A DNA stretch of 63,736 nucleotides, the filler included, from Collodictyon triciliatum (lineage: Eukaryota), in the NCBI GenBank assembly GCA_043381765.1. It is 5 parts of 5 records of this genome, joined end to end, with 100 filler letters (N's around TTAATTAATTAA, not from the genome) between each part and the next. Parts side by side here need not be neighbours in the genome. Positions count along the whole stretch, not along the records: positions 20,384 to 42,673 come from JBHJMP010000628.1; positions 42,774 to 49,326 come from JBHJMP010000630.1; 3 more parts are not named here. One strand, given 5' to 3'. Positions 34,708 to 46,500 of the stretch are shown in pieces. The number at the start of each line of letters is the position of its first letter. The stretch's first letter is position 1. The notes beneath the pieces are model-generated. The model worked only from the letters and a program-made list of their open reading frames with translations. It made no database searches and was not told the DNA's origin. The position numbers were made by a program, and so were the translations under genes.

Positions 34708-36620
34708 AGAGGCGACGTGTTTTATTTTCTATTTTCTATTTCCTTCTTTTTCTTCTTTTTTTTCTTCTTTTTTCTTCCTTTTTCTTCTTTTTTCTTCCTT
34801 TTTCTTCCTTTTTCTTCTTTTTCTTCCTTTTTCTTCTTTTCTTCTTTTATATTTTTCTTTTCTTTTTCTCAAAAGCTTGTATACTCCCTATAGTCGAGAG
34901 CAACCACAATCACGTTCATACTCGAAGCAGGTTGATTCAAGTGTGACAGTTTTGAATTGGGCAAGCGAGGAAATTGTGTTTTATCGAGGCCATCATTATC
35001 GTTGGTTTGTTGCGTGTGAGGAAGGATGTCTGTCGGGTTTGCCTTGGCCTTCACAAGCGCGCTTCCATAGGAGCGGCATACAGGTGAAGAGACGATCATC
35101 AACAGGCACAAGAAATCTCGCGTCTATGTGCGAACAAGCGAGTGTGCGACTCGATATTGGCCAGCCTTTGCAGTTGCTTCTAGGCGTTTGGTTTGTGGTT
35201 CCCATCCCACTTTTTATTTTCATCCAGCCAACACTCGGAGCGAGGCAGTAAGAATGACACTCTTTGCGAAGAAACTATGGCAGCATCGGAGGAAAACTAT
35301 GCTTTGATTTTCATTCGTGGGTTTATTGGATACCACGGAGCTTTGGAAGAGCGCTCGTGCAATTCTCGACCAGGGGTGGCTCTGTGAACTGTTTGCAGGG
35401 TGCGAACTGAAGGTCCTGGCTGGCATGTCAAGGTAAGTCAGGACGGTGGGTTTTGGGAAATGACTTGTGTGGCTCTATGACTCTCAAAAACCTCCGGTTC
35501 TACTACCAAGAAACGGAGGGGAACAGAGTCAAACATGGAGCATATCCCAGCTTTCGTTAATATTCCCTGCTAAGAACTTGCATAGCAGGCAACATCTCGA
35601 ATGTCCGGGGAAAAAGTCAGAAGTCGCAAAGAAGGCAGTAGAGAGGAGGGTGAAGGGGAAGGAAAGGATGGAAGGAGAATGACGGGGTTACCAGAAGATA
35701 CCTGAACGCTATTGAGTGCTGCGCGAGTGACCGCGTATTGAGAGACGCCCACTGCAAAATGATTGCCGACACCAGATGGCGAAAAGAGAAGGTGTTTGTC
35801 AGTTGGTATCTGAGACGGGTGAAGTGGGGCTAGATTCTTTCGATGGACATGGCTTTAGGAGGCTCTTGCCGTCTCTTTTGTGCTCTCATTTGTTTAGTCC
35901 CTCAGAGAGAAGATTAAGGTGATCATTCTTCGAGAAGTCAGGCACCAACGCACGGCTTGAAACAGGCCGAGTCGAAGGTCTTTGATTTTGCTCTCATCAT
36001 CGGGGATCATGTGATTGGGGCCGAAATTGGCAGCTGGAAGGCATTACTCAATAAGCTCTTTTGCGCTCCTTCTCCAGAATTGGAATGCGTTTGGTCATTG
36101 TGGGTGTTTCTCTAATTGTGGAATACATGGCGATTTTCATGCTCTTCCTGTTGAGAAAGGGGTGAGAGATCTGGACAATGGGTTCTGGTAAATTTGCCAA
36201 AAGTCTACGCTGGGCTGTGTTCGATATTGTTTTGGGTCGGGAACATATGCAGTGGCACCATATCTTTCCAAATACCAGCTGATATTGCTCTGGTTTCATC
36301 CTTTCAGATTACCAGAGATTTTAAGGTTCTATTCTTCTTCTCTTGTAACCCACTAGCAAGATTTCATTCATATTCAAAGGTAGGGTCATCTGCCATGACT
36401 CGCTTGCCACGCAGGCAGCTGATGTTTTGAAGGATAGGGAAGAGTACCTTGCAAAAATATCCAGTAGCCACTATCTTGATCACCTGTTACTAGAGGTTTA
36501 TAATGTAGTTGTGACATATGCCGTGCTACATAGAAGCCGAGAAGGGGAGAGATATAAAAAAATTGAAAATAAATGAGATTCCTGTAGTTTTGAAATTCAG
36601 TCAATTGTGGGAATATAGTG

Positions 36621-37856
36621 CTAGCTATCATCGGGCAAGGGAGGGAGGGTGTCTGGGTCGACTTCGATTAAAGAAAAGTTGTAAAACCGAGGGACCTCGG
36701 CAAAGTTATAAAATTCTGGGATTCGGTGAAGAACGAGATGACAATCTGAACCCAGAGGTATTTTGAAGTTGTTTCCAAGTTCACGATGATTGGTTGCCAG
36801 ACATTGTCTATTAGCAAAGTTGGAGTAGATACAAAAACGCCCTTGTTCGTGAGCCCATCGAATAACCCACTGTTCCCAGGCATCATCACCAGATCGGATG
36901 TACCATTGAGTGTTTATAAGGTTGTCTACTAAAGGCTGGAACCCTGGGATCAGTCGGTGCTCACGGAACCAAGTGCGGAAGTCACGCCAGGGCCCAGGAA
37001 ACATAACTTGCCCCCAAGTTCCCGTGAGTTGGTAGGCTACTGGCATGTTCCAATTCCTAATTGGCACCGTACCTCGAGGCTCAACGAGAGAGCTGACAAT
37101 CAGCAGCTTCTGTAAAGACAACCCGAAAATACGCCGTAGGATAGGATGTGAGGGGCGGGAGTAGTGAAGAACCGCCATTTTCAACCAGCGATAGAAATAA
37201 GGAGAAACTTCCATGTCGTCCTCTAAAAACAAGGCATACTCGTGAGGGCTTGATGGAGTCCATGCTTCGAGCCACTGCCCCAGCACACCAACGTTGTAGA
37301 CACGTTCGTGAAGTTTCTTTCTACCATGCGGCCATTGTTGCTGCTCGACGAGGTTTATCACTTTTTCGTGCAAGATTGATGGCTTTTCCCCGTTGTTTGC
37401 TGTATCTACCATAGCGTCTTTGGAGGATGTGTGATGCATATCGCGAGGGTAGTCTATGAATATATCTAGATCCACAGTGTCTCCCTGATAATCCACAAGC
37501 GTCAGCGAATTAAACAAGCGAATAAGAGAATCTGGTCTCTTGCAGCCAAAAACTTTGATCTTCAAGCGAAAAAGATTAAGATCAACATCGGTGTTTCCCT
37601 GTACTGCGTAGTGGGTGGCATCAATCAGACCACTTTTATCCCCTGTTAACTCTTGGTTCATGTGGACGTCGAACTCAAAGTCATCTCTAAATCTTAAAGA
37701 AGGTTCCAAGCGCATGTGTCTGTTCTTCTTTGCGCGGCCGTGGTTGGGCTTTTGTCCAGCAGCGTTACATAGAATAGCAGTGGAAAGGGACAACAAAAGA
37801 ATCACTAGGAGAACAAAATAGTGGGTGCTCTTCATCGTGACTAAGCTACTTCTCAT
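36621..37856 (-). CDS. Intronless GT-A-fold glycosyltransferase (type II membrane/secreted, 411 aa)
   Basis: N-terminal hydrophobic anchor. Motifs KRPDSLIRLFNSL..VDY.GD.VDL, WPHGRK, GQWLEAW.P and FLEDDMEVSP (DxD-like EDD), typical of plant/fungal GT2-like proteins. Confidence 0.85.
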   Translation of the reverse strand: MRSSLVTMKSTHYFVLLVILLLSLSTAILCNAAGQKPNHGRAKKNRHMRLEPSLRFRDDFEFDVHMNQELTGDKSGLIDATHYAVQGNTDVDLNLFRLKIKVFGCKRPDSLIRLFNSLTLVDYQGDTVDLDIFIDYPRDMHHTSSKDAMVDTANNGEKPSILHEKVINLVEQQQWPHGRKKLHERVYNVGVLGQWLEAWTPSSPHEYALFLEDDMEVSPYFYRWLKMAVLHYSRPSHPILRRIFGLSLQKLLIVSSLVEPRGTVPIRNWNMPVAYQLTGTWGQVMFPGPWRDFRTWFREHRLIPGFQPLVDNLINTQWYIRSGDDAWEQWVIRWAHEQGRFCIYSNFANRQCLATNHRELGNNFKIPLGSDCHLVLHRIPEFYNFAEVPRFYNFSLIEVDPDTLPPLPDDS

Positions 37857-38148
37857 AGAGGGGACGGGAGGGGCTGCGCTTTTCGGCTCCGGGCCCGGGA
37901 CTATTATCTACAAGCCTTGTGAGGGTCGCAAGCAACTGAGATTTTAAGAGAGACAAAAAGGGTTTATTTGCTGGTGGAGATGTTGGCTAGTTTCCGCGAG
38001 TATCTAGAAATCACGTGAGCGTGCGGTTTTTGCCTTTGGTTTTCTTTTTTTCTTTTTAGTTTTAGTTTTAGCTTTAGCTTTAGCTTTAGTTTTAGTTCTT
38101 TTTTTCTTTTTAGTTTTCTTTTTAGTTTTCTTTTTAGTTTTCTTTTTA

Positions 38149-38186
38149 TTTTTTTCCTTGATTCGATTCAAAGGGCAGCGAGGTTA
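38149..38186 (-). mobile_element. Short retro-tail copy followed by A-rich repeat expansion
   Basis: Reverse complement TAACCTCGCTGCCCTTTGAATCGAATCAAGG-A7, followed by (AAAAAGAAAACT)n. Confidence 0.8.
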
Positions 38187-38974
38187 GTTTTAGTTTTAGT
38201 CTTAACTTTAGTTTTTCACTGGGCGTGCACCCAACCAAGCCGTCTTGTTACTTCAGTTCACACTGCCTCCAACAACAAAAGCGAATCCGGCATGTGGTTT
38301 TTTCTTCGGTCTTTGATCAGTGCCGGTAGCTTTTCTAAATTTGGAAAATAGCTTCTTTTTTTTTACTTAAGTCCCGGTTATTTGGTTCCAATACTGATAC
38401 TAACACCCGATCATAGTCCGTAACTTTCAGCATTTTTCCTAAAACTACCCTACCCATATTTTCCTGCGTCCAAAGGTTATGCACATGAAAACAGTCTATT
38501 TCGGTATTTGTTTTTACTCTGCACTGAGTCGCCACGCAAAAAGATAGACCTTCTTGTAGCAAAGTAACGAGCGGGACATTTTCTGCGCTCGATTTGGCGT
38601 TGCCTTTGCAGATGGAAAACAGTAGTCGTGAATTTCGAATGACTTTGAATTTTTATTAGTGAAGTGAGAATGAAAGAATAATGCAGATTTTGGGTGTGGT
38701 GTCTATATAATCTTTTGTTCTTGTAGTTGCTGGTATTGCGATTTCTTGGGGGATGTGTGACTCGCACGATAGAGGCGCAAGTTGGTTGTGAGGGTCAACC
38801 AAGTGACTGTTCCACCTGAAACGAAGAAAGAAGAGGAAAAGCACCATTAATTGTAGATTGTTTATACTCCAACCCTCATTAGACTACCTGTTAACACTGT
38901 TTTTCTACTTTTTTTTTTTTTGTAAGTATCACAAGCTCTCACCAACACAGGTCGACCAAAGGCGGGCACCATCT

Positions 38975-41900
38975 CTACACAACGCTCTTCTTCACTAGTA
39001 AAGACTCTTTGCGGCCAGTCTTTAAGTCATAGCAGTTGCAAACAGAAAAGTTTGGAGAGTAGATGTGCATGGTGTATGCGTTGTTGCCCGACGTGTTGGC
39101 GCATCGGTGGATGGATTGGTCTAACCGGTTATGGGTTATGCACACGTTAGTTGGAGCAGTCATGGAGATAAGCCCAGGTTACAGCATCTCATGCTTGGCA
39201 GAAAAGAACATATTAATCATTCCCAAACTTACCAGGCACATATCTGACCTCGCCCTTGACATAAGTGTGGCTGCTGAATTCAAAAACCTCGGTGAAATCA
39301 TCACTTTTGTAGAGTGTCTCTGTAAAGGAACCGTCCAAAACCTTGAACCATGAACGAGAGGCCCCGTGGTCGTGGATTCGGCTACACGTTTTTTTGATAA
39401 AATTAAATAAAACATTTGTATGTGAATGTCTGTTGTACATCAGGATGTCTAGAAATAAAGTAATCAGTTTGAACTCAATAGCTACCTTGATTGCCCAGTC
39501 TTCCACCCGTTGAGAAAGAGGACAAAGTTAGGATCGACTGCGACCAAATTACGGGTGTAAGAGGCTTCATCAAAGTGGCAGTACGGAATTAACTCTTGCT
39601 CGTTGAGATTACACTTCTCCAATATGCGTGTAATTTTTTGAGGGCAAGGCGTCTTTGAGGAAAATGCATCCTTCAAAAGGTTCACAAACCCCCATAGACT
39701 GGTGAATACCTATGATAGTTAATAGAATATCGTGTTACTTATCTTGTTTTGTTTAAAAAAAAAAATCTGAATGAGCATTAGATATGAATTACTCCAAGAA
39801 AAAAATAGATGCAAATTTACTACCTTGTCGCGGCATTGAATCTCGATTTTGAGTTGAGACAAAACATCCCTGCTCTCCGAGCGAAGGGATTGCTCAGAAC
39901 AAAAGGAAACAGGGATATGGCATACTTTGACCTCCTGGTTGTGTCTGATATCTCGTTTTCCTGAACAATCAAGGTAAGGGGGCCAATATAGATGCAGGGA
40001 TACAGACGTGGTCTCTTCAGAGTTTTCCATTTTATGCAGTCCCAAGGAACCTGGTTTTTTTATTTAGAATATGCAAGTGACATTTAGGGAGAATATAATT
40101 CATTGACCGATTGAGCAGACACAAAGAAAAAATGAAGAAAGGTGATGGTGGGATTGCTGAAATCAGATAAAAATTAGAGTGAGATGCAAAGAAAATATCG
40201 TGCCTACCATCTTCCAACACCACAGATTGCTCATTAGCTTTCAAAGGTATCTCAGAGAGTCTGGATTCATCTTCTCCATACTTTGACAGAGTTAGATTTC
40301 CTTCCAGAACACGCACGATGCATATCCTGTTGCACCCACCATGGTCATGAACGGGACTAATGAAGGATAGAGGGTTATCATAAAAAGGGTAAACACATCC
40401 CCAGTATTTAGATTTATGAATTAAACCACTCACGTCCCTTGTCTCTTGTTCCAGCAGTTCAACACGAGAGAGAAGTGCTCGTTTAGCGCAAGAAGGCTTC
40501 GTGTGTATTTGACATCACTGAAATGAACGTATTGCTCCCACTCCCTGTCATTTTTCAATTCGCTTTAGTATATTGCTTCTATCTTCAGGAGGAAGAATCA
40601 GCTCCTTTTTTTTTTTTTTTTTTGGTTAAAAATAGAATAAAAATGACTTTCGCGAGAAGCTCAAAGAGTCTAGAATTTCTCGAATGCTTTCGACATTTAG
40701 CTGTGGTTGTTGGAATTCATGCAGCAGGATTCCTGCCAGGCTCTTGAGATTGGCCACTCTAATACTTTGCCACGATTCAAGTTCAGCCATAGGCAAGACA
40801 CTAGAGTTCTATTAGTTCACAATTTCGTTAATATATTTTCGCAGGAAAAAAATTTGAAGAATCATGTTAAACAAAAAAATTCAAAGAGGAAAAGTGGTGA
40901 TATGTTAAAAAAATGAAGAGAAAAAACCTCGGCGGACTTTGAGAAATAATCAGGTAAGTCAGCTGGGATGTCTTTGGCAAAGGTGAATTTAGAAGAATTG
41001 GCACACCTCACCGACACATTTCTTTTCAACCCACGCACAGGGTCATCCCAAATCTGAAGGCCAATGTTCAGTGTTAAAGCATCCCTCATACATCAATAAT
41101 TTCAATCTATAGTATTTTCCTCTCTTGATTAAAAAAAAAAATAAGCTTGTGCATGAGCAGAAACCTACGTGACATGAGCTGAATGGAGGGGAGTAGATAT
41201 GGAGAGAGACCGTGGGTGTATCATTTCTCGGATTGGCCATTCTGTGGACTCCATACAAATCTAGCATTTGACATTTGAGCTTCTCAAACAAAAAAAAAAA
41301 GTACACTTTACTTTTTTTTCAGAATATTCCACTGTTTCAAGGCTAGTATAGTGCGGTATGCATATCAAAAGAGTTGGATACCCTTATATAAAAATTGAAA
41401 TATAGCGGAAAATCAATAGTCTACCTCGCATGTAAGTTGCTTGGCCTGGAAAGAATGTATTGCATGATTTCACAGAAAGAGAATCTTTCTCTCCGACCGT
41501 GTAAAGGGTTTCTTGCAACTCTCCTTGTAAAACTTTTACCCAGCAGCTGGAACCGGCATGGTCATGGATGGGACTATGGCAGAAGTAAATGCAAATGGAA
41601 CTTATATTTCTGGGCATAAATCACATCAGGTTATCAACAAATCCATTCTGTGTATATATGATAAATGTCTGTGAACTTGCTCAAGATACCTCATTTGTCC
41701 CTTGTCCCAGCATAAAAGTAGGACAGTGAAATTTTCGTCATATCCGATCAAATTGCGTGTATATCGGCTGGTTTCAAAAGTCTGATATTGTTGCCAATCG
41801 CTATTCGATAAATTGATATGAGAAGGGAAAAGTTAATATAACATATATGTATAAAATACTTGTAAATAACTGCATATTCAACATCCACCATTTTGCAAAA

Positions 41901-42673
41901 ACTGATAGGAATATATATATTTTTAAAAAAAAACACGTCTTCATCAGAGTCAAGTATTTATGTCATGCAGTAACGTACCTTGATTGAAGGCGAGTTGTCT
42001 CTAATATCTTCTTAACGCTGCGGATGACTTCATCAGAGTGGTGGAATGCAACACCAGTGTTCATCTTAACTGACCCCCGCAGGACCTGGACAAGATCTTG
42101 CACGCTCATGTCCACAGAGGCGCCAGTACGGAGCAGTGAATGTATGTAATGGCCTTCTGAGTCGCAAACATTTGGGATTGCATTTACAAATGGAATAACT
42201 TTAGATCCGTGCTATTATGATTGACAAAGGTTAGGTCAAGAATGATCGTCAAGGCATTACTGATGGCACTCTGGCTTTCGCGGATTTATTGATGTATTGG
42301 ATGGATAATAGACAAAAATAGATGATAATTAAGAAGGTGAGCTGAAGAATAAATTATGGTCACAGTTTCCTCGTGAAAAAAATTGGGATGCATTCATTTT
42401 CTTTTAAAAAAATAGCTGAGATTCTTACGCTGTGTACACATTGAGTGTATGGCGGTGAGAATACATGAACAGATATTGCGATGTCGGACGTACTGGCGTT
42501 CTCGGTTTTGTGGAAACTGTTTGGATCTGACATAGTAATTAGTACCAGCAATTAAGTCTGGGAATTTCACCCCGATTGTATGTGACTGAAGGCCACAATA
42601 TATTGAAACATATGAACGTCAATAATTCTGTCTCAAATATCTACACCAGACCTTCCATACAGATAGCCTGGCC
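38975..42673 (-). CDS. Tandem cysteine dioxygenase polyprotein (at least 4 CDO cupin domains; 5' end in gap)
   Basis: Domain A (partial): SFHKTEN...SVHVFSPP. B: YTRNLI..CW..HDHAGSSC..GVHRMAN..SLHIYSPP. C: YTRSLL..CW..HDHGGCNRIC..GLHKMEN..SLHLYWPP. D: YTRNLV..GW..HDHGASRS..SIHRCAN..TMHIYSPN. In-frame linker exons; one stop at 38975. Confidence 0.88.
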
Positions 42674-42773
42674 NNNNNNNNNNNNNNNNNNNNNNNNNNN
42701 NNNNNNNNNNNNNNNNNTTAATTAATTAANNNNNNNNNNNNNNNNNNNNNNNNNNNNNNNNNNNNNNNNNNNN
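42674..42773. other. Assembly join with TTAATTAATTAA spacer
   Basis: Same construct; truncates the CDO gene in mid-exon. Confidence 0.95.

Positions 42774-42853
<80 letters not shown>
42774..42853. repeat. (GT)n
   Basis: Directly visible. Confidence 0.95.
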
Positions 42854-42854
<1 letters not shown>

Positions 42855-42966
42855 CTTTGAAAAAGATTAGGTGTGCATATGTCGAAGAAGAAGACGATGA
42901 TGCAGGAGATGTAAATGCAAAAGATGTAGAGGGTGAAGATGTGGCTACCCATCCCTTGGGCCGGGC

Positions 42967-43500
42967 TCACCGCGGGAAGCGCGTGGTTGTGTACGAGTTT
43001 GTCGGGGGCAGAAAGGCGATGGATGTGGGCGGATAAGAAGGGACCGGACGGACGGGATAGAATGCGTATGGCACGCTGTGGTGGTGGGCGTGGTGGAGCA
43101 GCAGCGACGCGGGCGGATAGACCGTGGGTGGATGATAGAGTGTGCCGCCCACAGCATGGTGGCCGAATGCCTCGCGGAGTCCCGCAGCCGGGAAGCCCAT
43201 TGCCTTCCGGACGTGGTTGTAGGCCTGCAGCGTCTGCGTCGGGCCCGAAACCAGGCACACTGCGTCTGGCCGATGCGCGGTGTCTGCAGTCATGACGCGG
43301 TGCACATCCACGGCCACGGCAACAGGCGCCTGCATCGGCCGCGGCGGCCCCACAGCAGGGTGCGGAAGCGGTATGCTTGGCTTCTGCGGCGGCGGGATGC
43401 CGGGCCTGCTCGGGCTTTCTGTGGGAAATGCTTTAGAAACTGTCTATCTGTCTGTCTGTTTGTATTCGATTTTTGTTTTGTTTGCTTGAAACTTGGTGCA

Positions 43501-43596
<96 letters not shown>

Positions 43597-46500
43597 AANN
43601 NNNNNNNNNNNNNNNNNNNNNNNNNNNNNNNNNNNNNNNNNNNNNNNNNNNNNNNNNNNNNNNNNNNNNNNNNNNNNNNNNNNNNNNNNNNNNNNNNNAA
43701 AGATGAAAAGATGAAAAAATGAAAAAATGAAAAAATGAAAAGATGAAAAGATGAAAAGATGAAAAGATGAAAAGATGAAAAGATGAAAAGATGAAAAGAT
43801 GAAAAGATGAAAAGATGAAAAGATGAAAAGATGAAAAGATGAAAAGATGAAAAGATGAATGAACAGATAGGTGAGTCGAAACACGAAATACTACCATCTG
43901 TGCCGACGAGCGAATTCTGCATGCGGGGCGTGGCTGGGAGCTGAGCAGCTATGTTTGGATGCGGTGCCAGATGGAGACCTGTGTGTTCTGTCCGAGGTTG
44001 TGTATGTAGCTGTAGTGTCGTCTGCTCTTTAAAAGAGACATGTATTTCCTGCATATCGTCTGGCTCCGGCTCGTATGTCACCACTATGCTCTGTCCGTTG
44101 TCGGGGCTGTTGCCAGCGGAGGGAGGTGATGAAGCGAAGGAGGATTCGTGAGGCGTGGCAGATGCAGCGACTCCGTCTTCATGTTTGCTACCCCTGAGTC
44201 TGATGTCGCATGCCTCGTTTTGCTGGGGGAGAGCGGAGTGCTCTGTGTTGGTCACCTTATAGCCTGTGCATGATTCGCTGAGCAAAAGCGTTCCTTCCAC
44301 TGCCAATGCTGAACGGGTCAAAGAAGTGTCTGTAGAGATGGATTTTGTTGCAAGAGCCACTTGATGTGACACAACTATTTCAGCGCTTACAGATTCATCT
44401 TTCGGTATCTGAGGCTGTTGGTTATTCGTCTCGTGGAGTTTGCTCTGGGCTCTTGCTACATCATCTCGGATTCCTATGATTGTTTCCTTCATGTGTGTTG
44501 TCTCTAGAGAAAAAATGGCGTATTGAGATTCCAGATATGATATTTTCCTCGTCGCTTGGCCCAGAATCTGGCTGTACTTCAACTCCAACTCAGCTACAGA
44601 CTCTAATAGGTTCATATCATCCTGCAACTTTTTTACCTTCTCGAGTTCGTCGATTTTGGAAACGAGGCAAACAAGCTTGTCTCTTTCATCTCTGAGCTCA
44701 GTGGATTCTGTTCGCTTCAGCAACAGAGCCTCTTCAAGAACTTGTATTTTACGCTTGGCTTTTTGGCACTGCTGCTGAAAATAAGTGTCCCGCCGACCAA
44801 CACCTTTCATATCAAGGGTCATTTTTTTCACTTGGCTATTCAGAATGTCGTTTTCCTTACATACATCTTTTAGGTTTCTTCGCAGCATTTTTACATTCTC
44901 CTCTGCTGCAAACTTTTCCTCATCAGCTTGTTTCAAGAGAATCCTCAACTGACTCGCCGAGACCGCCAACCTATCATCGTCTGATCCACGAGAATCCAAC
45001 TTCGAAGTGTGAGGCGAGAATAAAGCCACCGACGCAGCATGTGTGCCCATGTGCAGACTCTTTTTGAACGGAATGATCTCTTCACTGCTGGTATCGCTCT
45101 CTCGATCAAAATCAAGAGTATTCATGTGATTTGGAGTTTCGTTCCTAAAGTCTTCCTCTATCTCGCAAGGAGACTCTGAGGTGCCCGAAGGAGACTGTAA
45201 ATATCTTTCCATAATAGATCTTAACCTTTGTCTATCTAGGGTATCACGGTTCACTGTGGGGGATGAATCAGGCCAACCGTATTCATTTCCGGAAACTTTG
45301 GGACATTTATCAGCAATTCCACGATTTAAGAGCTCCTCTGATTTCAGGGGAATCTGAAACTACAACAGTCATCAATAGCATGTATTACATACAGTATTAC
45401 CATAAACTTTATGTTTTTGCAAGAAATCTTCTTTTTATATATATATATAAATTAAAATAATTCTAAATTTAATGTAGGCCATAACATGTATATGTATCCA
45501 AACAATACGCATCGTGTAAGGAACAAGAATTGAATATCATAGACTAAACCATTATTCTTTTTATCACAACAATTACGTATATCATATTGAGATATTATGA
45601 AAAGTCACCTGACCAAAATCTGAGTTTGATAGCATAGAGGGATTCTGGGTTGTTGCTTGTATAATGCAATATTGAAGTAGAATAAATTGGATGTCATCTC
45701 TCAATCTTCTAATTTCAGAGAAGGTAGAATCATCCACATGTGCATCAGAGCCATTTATTGATGAGGACTCTATTTCGTCAAATATATGCCGTTTGCATAT
45801 AATAGGAACTTGTCCACCAGTGCCATCAATAGAAATATCATGCCCGTTTAATTCAGAGCTTTCCATAAAGTCCTTCAAGTGAAATAAGGGGTATTTAATT
45901 TTCCTTTTTCGTATTATTACAATAATAGGACTCCAATTTTATTCTAATATTTAATTTTATATAAATAAGAAAAAAAACCAGCCAAAAACGATCATTTACC
46001 TGAAAGTGGTGCCATTGATATGCGGCACCACGCTGCAATTGAGGCGATGTTTCATCATTTTTTTGTTGTGATGATAAAGTGTTACTTTCAGATGTACATA
46101 ATTCTTCACCAATACTATTATGTTGCATATCATGACTTTCAGTTTTACTTCCATCTTGCTGAGGAGATGATAGATCTTGCAAGCTTTTATAATCACCTCG
46201 CATGCAATTTGAACAAAGACGGTCGTTGTACAGTTGGGATATCTGTGTTTCTATTTCGTAAATCTCTTCTTTGAATAAAGAATCCTTATCTTGTATTTTT
46301 TTTATGTGTCTATCAAAATGTTCCATCCTATCCAAGTACTCATGTAATGTGTCAGCAATAAGAGAAATACATTCCTGAAACATGATAATTATAGAAAAAT
46401 ACACTTGATCAGTGTTTTCTTTTTCTATAGAAGTGAAATATGATGATATTTCCTTCACAAATTGAGGGAGAGTAGAAATAACCGTATCCGCATACAATGA

